Origin: Eledone cirrhosa
Taxonomy: Eukaryota
Direction of reading: 5' to 3'
Assembly (NCBI GenBank): GCA_964016885.1
Contig: OZ024740.1
Span: forward strand, 205,840,001-205,904,000
Length of the DNA stretch: 64,000 bases
Both the position numbers and the translations under genes were made by a program. How positions within the stretch are numbered: position 1 is the first letter of the stretch; each line of letters opens with the position of its first letter. Positions 53,695 to 64,000 of this stretch are shown here, piece after piece. The notes beneath the pieces were generated by a model. That model was not told the origin of the DNA. It searched no databases and saw nothing but the letters and a program-made list of their open reading frames with translations.

Positions 53695-53760
53695 TATTTC
53701 ATTATATATATTTCAGGGATATCATATTAAAAATATGGTATGCCTTCTTCAGACAAAATA
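53695..53760 (-). ncRNA. Hammerhead ribozyme in the left inverted arm
   Basis: Reverse complement of 56665-56730. Confidence 0.75.
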
Positions 53761-54375
53761 CAATATAAACAGTCTTATAAATAGATAGATTTGACATACC
53801 TTACAACTTCAACTTCCATTTAAAAAGTTGATTTGGTAGTGAAAAATGTTAGGGACAGTTATAAAAAGAAAGAAAGAAAAAAAAGCGAAGAAAAAGAAGA
53901 AATGCATGCAACTAAATAGAGAGAGATAGATATAGGGAGATAGATAGAGAGAAGAAATTCATGTAAAGAAACAGAGAGAGATAGATAGAGAGAGAAAAAA
54001 CACAGAGGGAGATAGATAGAGAGAGAGAGAAAAAATAGAGAGAGATATAGATATAGATAGAGATAGAGAGAAAGAAAATAGGTAGTTGGGCACCAGTTGA
54101 ATGACGTATCAATGATATATTTATTTATTTATTTATTTATTTAGTTCTAGTATTAAGGTAGAGAGAGATATATGTGGTTAGGAGAGAAAACAGCCGTTAC
54201 ATAGAGAGAAAAGAAAAATATCCAGATATAAACGAGGCAGATTTAAAACATTATGTTTCATCAATGTAAAAATATCAATTCGTATGAATTAGGTATTATA
54301 ATGTAAATATCAGTATTCATGAATGAGACACGTATCAATAATGTGTGAAAAATAATGATCATATGTCTAGTTTAA

Positions 54376-55256
54376 AATTCCAAGATTTTCGACGAAAAAG
54401 CCCAGTATTACAATGAAGCGTTAGCTAGAGCAGGATATAGTGATAAAATTATGTACATAGATAATAATAGACAAACTAACCAAAATAACAACAATTTTAA
54501 TTACGGCAACAACTTTAACAACTATAATAGAAAGCATTACAATAATTCCAAAAGCCAAAAAAGAAATAGAACTAGGAATATAATATGGTTTGCCCCCCCC
54601 CCCCCTCTCACTAAACATTAAAACCCACATCGCTAAACTATTTTTTAATGCTCTTGATAATCGCTTCCCTAGAACACATAGGTATCACTCAATTTTCAAT
54701 AGACATACTATAAAATTAACTTACTCATCCACCAAAAATTTAGCACAAAATATTAATAGAATAAATAATAGGAATTTAAAACCTAGCCAAAATACCGATA
54801 ATAGCATAAATAATATCCAAGTAAACAAATGTAACTGTAGAGATAGATCTAAATGTCCGTTAAATAACAATTGCTTAGTTAAAAATATAATATACAACTG
54901 TAATGTTAAAATGGACTTAAATTCTTTTAACTATGTTGGTTCCACCTCGACAGAATTTAAACTTCGCTATAATAACCACAAGAATTCTTTCACAGATCCA
55001 AGCAAAAAATCTTCAACATCACTATCAGGCTTACTCTGGCAACTTAAGCATGATAACGTTGGATATTCGACGGCTTGGAATATAGTCTCAAGAGGGATTC
55101 CTTTTAATTCATCCTGAGACATGTGACCTCTGCGTGGAGGAGATATTCTTTATACTAAAATCTAAAAATTCCCTTAATTTACGGACAAATTTATTCAGTT
55201 GCTGCAGACATAGATTGAACTCAACTTTTAAATATAAATATAAATTTAAAATGTAG
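54376..55256 (+). pseudogene. Penelope-like ORF C-terminus: RT thumb end, linker and GIY-YIG endonuclease (3 frameshifts)
   Basis: YNEALARAGY, RNIIWF.PP, CNCRDRSKCPLNNNC (CxCx5Cx5C), IIY..YVGST..FKLRYNNH, CDLC..E, LN.R...CRH. Confidence 0.9.
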
Positions 55257-55929
55257 TATATTTACTTTGATTTATAATTATTTATGAAACTCGCCGATAA
55301 ATCTTTCGATTTCTTTTTTTTAAACATTCTTCATGAATAATTAAACTACCCTAAAAGCTGATGCTCCAAATATATCGAATAAATTTTTACACTAGATAAA
55401 CTTCTATAATAAATATAAGACCATCTGTAGATCAAATGGGTATCCTAAACTTTTGGAATGATTTCTGCTAGACAGGATTTGGTAAATAATTTTGGTTTTG
55501 TTTGCTTTTGATTCTGATGCTTATAATGAACTTGGCAATATATTGTCAATTAATTTTGAAGGGTTGATCTCTGTGGTTGATTTGCGGGGCATACTGTGTT
55601 TTATTTTTAATATTTTTTAATTTTTTGATATTTTTATTGATATATTGATATCTGTTGTCTATTTATGCTTGAACAATAATCATGTAGAGTAAAGACAAGA
55701 ATAGTATTGTTAAAATTAATGTAGATTCTATATATATTTGTGTGTATGTACACATATATGTATACTAGAATTTTTATAGCACAATGAGAATGTTTTCATG
55801 TGAAATAGGAATTTGCAGAGTTGATCACGTAAATTCACATGGAAGTCTATAGTATCGAATCTGGGATAACCTTCTATTTTCTTTTTCTTTTTCTTTTTTC
55901 ATGAAAGTGCATATATACTTATGTATTTC

Positions 55930-56026
55930 AGTTTTTTATCTCAGTTTTTTTATCTCAGTTTTTTTTATCTCAGTTTTTTTATCTCAGTTTTTTTATCTCA
56001 GTTTTTTTATCTCAGTTTTTATCTCA
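55930..56026. repeat. 13-15-bp tandem GTTTTTTTATCTCA, ~7 copies, inside the Penelope-like element
   Basis: Read directly. Confidence 0.9.
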
Positions 56027-56664
56027 ACTCTGATATAAACCTAGGAATTTTAAACTAGACATATGATCATTATTTTTCACACATTATTGATATGTGTCTC
56101 ATTCATGAATACTGATATTTACATTATAATACCTAATTCATACGAATTGATATTTTTACATTGATGAAACATAATGTTTTAAATCTGCCTCGTTTATATC
56201 TGGATATTTTTCTTTTCTCTCTATGTAACGGCTGTTTTCTCTCCTAACCACATATATCTCTCTCTACCTTAATACTAGAACTAAATAAATAAATAAATAA
56301 ATAAATAAATATATCATTGATACGTCATTCAACTGGTGCCCAACTACCTATTTTCTTTCTCTCTATCTCTATCTATATCTATATCTCTCTCTATTTTTTC
56401 TCTCTCTCTCTATCTATCTCCCTCTGTGTTTTTTCTCTCTCTATCTCTCTCTGTTTCTTTACATGAATTTCTTCTCTCTATCTATCTCTCTATATCTATC
56501 TCTCTCTATTTAGTTGCATGCATTTCTTCTTTTTCTTCGCTTTTTTTTCTTTCTTTCTTTTTATAACTGTCCCTAACATTTTTCACTACCAAATCAACTT
56601 TTTAAATGGAAGTTGAAGTTGTAAGGTATGTCAAATCTATCTATTTATAAGACTGTTTATATTG

Positions 56665-56730
56665 TATTTTGTCTGAAGAAGGCATACCATATTTTTAATA
56701 TGATATCCCTGAAATATATATAATGAAATA
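56665..56730 (+). ncRNA. Hammerhead ribozyme in the right (sense) arm
   Basis: TATTTTGT-CTGAAGA-14-bp stem II with 2 mismatches-GAAA-TATATA-TA-ATGAAATA. Confidence 0.8.
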
Positions 56731-56860
56731 AATATGGTTTTATAAATATAGTTTCCATTTATTTAATATCGTAAATATACTCCAAATACTTGTTGAGTGC
56801 TTTTATATCAGTTATAAATATTTACTCGTTGTAACCCAACAATTTAAATAAAACTTTGCA

Positions 56861-57478
56861 TATAATATAATATATATATATTATATTATATATATATATT
56901 ATATATATATTATATTATATATATTATATATATATATATATTATATATATATATTATATTATATATATTATATTATATATATTATATTATATATATATAT
57001 TATATATATATATTATATTATATATATATTATATTATATATATATATATATATTATATATATATATTATATTATATATTATATATATATTATATTATATA
57101 TATATATATATTATATATATATATATATTATATTATATATTATATATATATATTATATATATATATTATATATTATATATATATATATTATATATATATA
57201 TTATATATTATATATATATATATTATATTATATATATATATTATATTATATATATTATATTATATATTATATTATATATATATTATATATTATACATATA
57301 TATTATATTATATATATATATTATATTATATATATATATTATATTATATATATATATTATATATATATATTATATTATATATATATATTATATATATATA
57401 TTATATTATATATATATATTATATATATATATTATATATATATATATTATATATATATATATATATTATATATATATG
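56861..57478. repeat. Compound (TA)n/TATTA array
   Basis: Read directly. Confidence 0.9.
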
Positions 57479-57550
57479 TAAATTGGGCTACTCAGCCGTT
57501 AATATGCATAAGGTAAGTATATACGTTCAACAATCTGGCAGGAAGGTATA

Positions 57551-57591
57551 CGTTGCTGATGATAGTTAATAAGCTTGAAACTAATACAGCG
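57551..57591 (+). ncRNA. Minimal hammerhead-like motif
   Basis: CGTTG-CTGATGA-TAGTT(AATA)AGCTT-GAAA-CTAA-TA-CAGCG; stem I closes with one G-U pair. Confidence 0.6.
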
Positions 57592-57874
57592 TTCCTTTGT
57601 CAGTGTTGAACAAACGAGCAACGATGGTTGCTAGACACTACGGCTTAATACGGGATGTTTGTTTACAAACATACCGAGCATTATAATAAATGTTCGGTGA
57701 ATCCATACGTACATATATGTATATGTGTGCATGTATGTATATATATATACATACTACTGTACGTCTGTATACATATATGTATGTACGTGTACATACTTAT
57801 ATTTAAGTAACAGCCGTACTAAGAGTGGGAAATGAAATTTCGTTTCATTTTTTCCATTTATATATATTATATTA

Positions 57875-59125
57875 TCATCATCATCATCATCATCAGGTTT
57901 AGCGTCCGTGTTCCACGCTTGCATGGGTTTGGACGGGGGTTTTCCCACTTGAGGCAAGAGTGGTTGTCTTGCTCGCATAGGACTGTCTGGCGGGTTTTCT
58001 ACAGTTGGATGCCCTTCCTAACACCAACCACATTTACAGTGTGGGGCTGGGAGGTTTTTACCGTGTTGCCTACACGGCCACATTACAGCGTGGACTGTCT
58101 GGCGGGTTTTCTACAGCTGGATGCCCTTCCTAACACCAACCACATTTACAGTGTGGGGCTGGGAGGTTTTTACCGTGTTGCCTACACGGCCACATTTACA
58201 GCGTGGACTGTGTGTTTTTTGTCGTGACACCTACACGATCTCATTTGTTTCGGCCTGGATGTTGTGGGACCAACATAACTTTACATTGAAAGGGGCGGTG
58301 TGGAGGTGGTGGGACGGGGGTGTGTTTTGATAGAGGTGCCTACTGACTGTAGTAGGTTTTTACTTTGTATTTAGGTAAGGCGGGTCTTCTCTATTACTGA
58401 GTACCGCCAAAGGTCTCGGTCCAGTGACATTGTCTTGGAGAGGTGTAAGCGTGTGAGGTCGGAATTTATCAGCTCGTCCCATGTTTTTCTGGGTCTGCCT
58501 ACTCCGTGGCTACCGTCTATCTTTATTGCCCTGCACTTTGTTATACAGCTGTCGTCTTTCATGCGCATCACGTGACCGTACCAACGTAGCCTTCTCTCGA
58601 GTAAACAACATCTGATCCCTCTTATTTCTAATTTTTTCCTTAGTTCGTTTATGCTTTGCCGTTCACGTATATTACTATTGCACATCCAGCGGAGCATGCA
58701 AGCTTCGTTCCTCTCTAGTCTGCGTATATCCTCTGCACACAATGCCCAGGTCTCACTGCCATGCAGCATTGCTGTTCGTATGCAGGCATCGTATAACCTG
58801 CCTTTCATTTTTAGGGAGAACCCTCTAGCGGCTAATAGTGGTATAAGCTCTCTGAACTTTTTCCATCCAGTTCTGACTCTAGCTACTGTACTTTCAGAGC
58901 ACCCTCCCCCACTGCTGATTTTGTCACCCAGATAACGGAAGCTGTCCACTATTTCTATAGAACCCTCTGCGCAGTTGAAGGAGCTAGTATTTTGTGGGCA
59001 CTTGCTGCTACTTATTGCACCAGAGCACCGGCCACATGTAAAATCTATGTTCTTAGTTAGCTTACCTGTGATCCCACTACATCTTTTATGCACCCATACT
59101 TTGCATTTGGGACATAAAATGGAGT
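57875..59125 (-). mobile_element. 5'-truncated RTE LINE with long 3'UTR and (GAT)n tail
   Basis: ORF 58371-59093 (FRYLGD, LHGSETW, RRLRWYGHV, GRPRKTW) followed by ~500 nt of UTR containing an internal duplication. Confidence 0.93.
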
Positions 59126-59722
59126 TTATATATATATATATTATATTATATATATAAATATATATTATATATATATATATTATATATATATATATATAAA
59201 TATTATATATATATATATTATATATATATATATATTATTTCATTTCATTTTCATTTCATTTTACGTCCGCTTTTCCCTGCTTGCAAGGGTGGGACGGGAA
59301 CTGATTTTGGCTTGATTTCTACAGCTGGATGCCCTTCCTAACACCAACCTCATTTACAGTGAGTGCTGGGTGCTTTTTAGCCGTGGCACCTACACGTCCA
59401 CTTTACAGTGTGGGCTGGGTGCTTTTTTGCCGTGGCACCTCCACGACCACTTTGCAGTGGAATGATATGGACCCCAGTCCCTATCATCTCATTTCTACAG
59501 CTGAGTAAACTGGAGCAATGTGAAATAAAGTGTCTTGCTCAAGGAAACAACACATCACCCGGTCTGAGAATTGAACTCACAACCTTTCGATTGCAAGGCC
59601 AATGCTCTAACCACTAAGCCATGTGCCTCCACTATATATATTATATATATATTATATTATATATATTATGGAATACTGTTGGCTTTTTGCTACAATGTTT
59701 TCTATACCTTTCATTTATATAT

Positions 59723-59773
<51 letters not shown>

Positions 59774-60149
59774 ATATATACAAAACACACAAAAACAAGA
59801 TGGCGTAGGACAGAACAAAGGAGAGGCACAAAAAACAAATAAAAGAACCCTCAGTCACTGAAGAGGTCACAGAATATGTGACAAAAGAACTTTGACAATA
59901 TATAAACAACCATCTGGTTGTGGAACCAACCAACCAACCGGAAATTTATAAATTCCTAAATTTATAATAATAAATTGAAGTGAAAGCAACTGGTGCGTGT
60001 GTTTCTTATTGGCAACATGACCCTCCCAAAGTATAACAATATCGGTTTCAACACACGTTTTCAGATAAAGAATCTTGCTAAACAAATTCAGAAACGAAAT
60101 ATATATATTATATTATATATATATAATATATATATATATATATAATATA

Positions 60150-60200
<51 letters not shown>

Positions 60201-60704
60201 TATATATATATATATATATTATATATATATATATATTATATATATATATCATCATCATCATCATCATCATCAACGTTTAACGTCCGTGTTCCACGCTTGC
60301 ATGGGTTTGGACGGGGGTAGTCCCACTTGAGGCAAGAGTGATTGTCTTGCTCGCATAGGACTGTCTGGCAGGTTTTCTACAGTTGGATGCCCTTCCTAAC
60401 ACCAACCACATTTACAGTGTGGGTCTGGGAGGTTTTTACCGTGTTGCCTACACGGCCACATTACAGCGTGGACTGTGTGTTTTTTTGTCGTGACACCTAC
60501 ACGATCTCATTTGTTTCGGCCTCGATGGCGCGGCACCAACATAATATTATATATATATATATTATATATTTATATATATATTATATATATATATATATTA
60601 TATATTTATATATATATTATATATATATATTATATATATATATTATATATATATATATATTATATATATATATTATATATTTATATATATATTATATATT
60701 TATA

Positions 60705-60742
<38 letters not shown>

Positions 60743-61166
60743 TATATATATATATATAATAAAGGACTTGACTGCTGTTTCTAGTTGCCGATAACCCTAT
60801 TCACGCCACTGGGACGAAGCTGGTATGATGTGTGTATTTTTAGTAGGTACAGCACGTGTTACTGGCCAGTCGCTGATTTGAACTTAATGCGTAAACACAG
60901 ACAGCTGGACTTCTTCCTTGTTGAAAATCCAAGTATCGGCCTTCGTGGTTTACCATTCGATTAATTGGTGAAATATATTTCTTTAATGGAATATATACAG
61001 GGAAGATTAATCATTTTATAAGGTATCTATTTTTGAAGTTCTAGTTAACTTTATTTAGCTACCTACCTAGCTATGTGTGCTTGCACACTTGTAAAAATTA
61101 TACCCTGTGATTGTTTCATATGTTTATTTATATGTTAATCAATTTCTAGTTATATATATATTATAT

Positions 61167-64000
61167 AGTGTTAGGAAGGGTATCCAACCAGTGTATCAAT
61201 GCCAAAACGCTTATCAGCACAGCAACAAATAGGAACAACAACAAAATATGAAGACGTCGCATCTCAGAGTTGCAACACTTAATGTTGGCACTCTCAGAAG
61301 TAGATCTGCTGAAATAGCGGAGATGCTGGAGAGAAGGCAGGTGGATGTGTGCTGCGTGCAAGAGGTGAGATGGAGAGGTGCCTCTGCAAGACTAGTTGTA
61401 GGCAAACGTCTTAGCTCTAAGCTATTCTGGGTAGGTAAGGATGATGGGGTAGGGGGAGTAGGCATTTTCCGGGCTGAGAAATGGATCAATAAGACAATAG
61501 AGGTAGTTCAAGTTAGTAATCGAATAATTAAGCTTAGATTAGTTGTAGGTAGGAGACTATTGACAATCATCTCGGCCTATGCTCCCCAAGCAGGCCTAGG
61601 CAAAGATGAGAAAGACTGCTTTTATGAGCAACTTTTGCAAACAACCGCAATGACAGAGGATGGGGACATCGTTATCCTAGCAGGAGGCTTCAATGGTCAT
61701 GTTGGACAGCTCCAGGATGGTTACACTGGGGTACATGGTGGGCACGTTTACGGTTCAAGAAATGAAGGAGTGAGACTTCTTGAATTTTGTGATGCAGGTA
61801 CATTGACTATTTGCAACACAAACTTCCAGAGCCCTGCCAATCCCCTAATAACCTACAAATCTGGTGAGCACATAAGCCAGATTGACTTCTTACTAGTTAG
61901 GCAGCGGGACAGGCAGATAGTATCTAATACCAAGGCATACCCTGGGGAAGAATGTACCCCACAGCATAGGTTAGTTGTTAGTGATATCTCAGTAAGCAAG
62001 AGATGGAATGAGACATATAGGAAGGTGTGGAGAAGAAAGGTCTGGAAGCTAAAAGACATTTCACTAAAATACAAATTTAGGAAAGCCCTTCAAGATGTAT
62101 ATGACGAAAAAGAAGACGATTTAGAGACGTATGACATAAATAATAACTGGAATTTCTTACGTGACAACTTGCTGCAGGCTACTGATGAAACTTGTGGCTG
62201 GAGCAGAGCTCCAACCAGACAGAGAGTGACCTGATGGTGGAACAGCACAGTAGATAAGGCTATTAGAGACAAAAGACTAGCATGGAAGGCTTGGAAAAAG
62301 GGTGGGAGTAGGGAAGAATATACAGCCACTAAGAGAGAAGCTAGACGTCAGGTGTACTTAGCACGCAGGGAGGCAAAGAGTAGGAGGTTTGCCAATGTTC
62401 TGCGACGGGAAGATCAGAGGCGTGCGGTGTTCTACATTGCAATGCAGTGTGTCAATGCAAATCAGGATGCTGTTGGAGATAAATGTATCCGGAATGATGC
62501 CGGTGTACTTAGTGTCACGAATGATCAGAAAAAGGAGGCCTGGAAATGTCATTATGAGAGACTGATGAATGTGGAGAACAAATGGGAGAGAGAGAAATTA
62601 CCCTTGGTAGATCCGACAGAGGGACCAGCTATTGAGATTGACGAATATAGGGTCCAAGAGGCGATTAGGGAAATGAAAAATGGTAAGGCTGCCGGACAAT
62701 CGGGAATAGTTGCTGAGATGCTGAAGGCATCAGGGGACGTAGGCACTAAACTGGTTGCACGCATCATCAATCAGGCTATATATGGTGGTGTCATACCCAA
62801 AGACTGGTGCAGCAGTATTCTCATAAATTGCTACAAAGGTAAAGGGGATGCTCTGGAGAGGAGCAATTATAGGGGTATAAAACTGATAGATCAGGTTATG
62901 AAAGTGGCAGAAAGGATTTTAGCACAACTAATTAGAGAAAGGATCAAACTAGATGAGATGCAGTTTGGTTTTGTGCCTGGGAAGAGTACAACAGATGTGC
63001 TCTTCTTGATGAGACAATTGCAAGAGAGGTTCTTAGAGAAGAATAAGCCACTATACTTAGCCTTTGTTGACCTAGAGAAGGCCTTTGATAGGGTACCCCG
63101 ATCTGTCATCTGGTGGTCCCTAAGGAAGCTAGGTGTTGAGGAATGGCTTGTGAGGACAGTGCAAACTTTGTACAGAGGTACTCTCAGTAAAGTCATGGTA
63201 GGAATGGAGTTTAGTGAAGAATTCCAGATACAAGTAGGAGTACATCAGGGTTCGGTCCTCAGCCTGCTCTTGTTCATTATAGTCCTCCAAGCCATAACAG
63301 AATAGTTTAAGACTGGCTGTCCATGGGAACTTCTCTATGCTGACGATCTGGTTCTTATAGCAGAATCAGTAGAGAAGCTAGAGAATAAATTCTGGCTATG
63401 GAAACAGCAGTTGGAAGCAAGAGGACTGAGAGTGAATCTAGCTAAGACAAAAGTGTTGATGAGTAGAAAAGAGGACAAAACCCTGATTCCGTCAGGGAAA
63501 TGGCCATGTTCGATATGCAGAAAAGGAACTGGCATAAATTCTATAAAATGCACACAATGCAGATCCTGGGTACACAAGAGATGTAGCAGGATAGCAGGCA
63601 AACTAACAGGTAGGGAGAAATATGTATGCAATAGATGTACAGGGAAATTAGACAGTAGAAGTCGCATTGATAGACACATTTTTCAAATGCAGGAGGGCGC
63701 CATAGAAGTGGTGGATAGCTTCCGGTACCTAGGAGATCAGATTAGCATGAGGAGGGTGTTCCGAGGCCATAGTATCTAGAATAAGGACGGGTTGGAAGAA
63801 GTTTAGCGAGCTGTTTCCTCTGTTGACGAAGAAGGGTTTCTCCCTGCGTACGAAAGGCCGGTTGTATGATGCCTGTGTGAGGAGCACGATGCTGCATGGT
63901 AGTGAGACATGGGCAGCAACTGCAGAGGATATGCGACGGCTGGAGAGAAATGAGGCAAGCATGCTCCGTTGGATGTGCAGTGTAAATGTGCGTGAACGAC
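61167..64000 (+). mobile_element. Long RTE LINE (APE + RT), disabled by premature stops; runs off the right edge
   Basis: ATG 61248; TGA at 62232 replacing TGG; TAG at 63303; LLYADD at ~63330-63347. Confidence 0.95.

Larger units (their letters stand above)
53652..56860 (+). mobile_element. 5'-truncated Penelope-like element (Naiad-type) with ~730-bp inverted arms (53652-54381 / 56044-56773)
   Basis: GIY-YIG ORF remnant, inverted terminal repeat, a hammerhead in each arm, embedded in TA arrays. Confidence 0.9.

Noticed and set aside
55115-55117. TGA in the Penelope-like endonuclease as a selenocysteine codon
   Set aside because: Not at a Cys position, and the conserved CDLC continues in another frame; the SECIS-like ATGA-N11-AAA at ~55284 lacks a complementary strand
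55370-55460. NGYP-containing peptide resembling a second Penelope thumb
   Set aside because: Very short, contains stops, indistinguishable from chance

Overview
AT-rich, repeat-dense animal DNA; the repeat repertoire suggests a coleoid cephalopod such as octopus (inference). There is one clear host gene: PPM1K/PP2Cm (mitochondrial PP2C, BCKDH phosphatase) on the minus strand. It has three coding exons (42568-42037, 35350-35037, 24132-23863; 371 aa) and an unlocated non-coding first exon, possibly near 48.5 kb. The rest is RTE, CR1-type and CRE-type LINE fragments, tRNA-derived SINEs, non-autonomous Helitrons, piggyBac and Tc1 MITEs, and mini/microsatellites. The most unusual part is 48.7-60 kb, just upstream of PPM1K. 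It holds a Naiad-type Penelope-like element (GIY-YIG) with ~730-bp inverted arms and six hammerhead-ribozyme motifs from five sequence families. It also holds three unrelated ~100-bp near-perfect palindromes spaced ~1300 bp apart, at least one and probably two of which look like hammerheads that snapped back at stem II. Most ORFs in the supplied track are microsatellite or antisense-TE artefacts.
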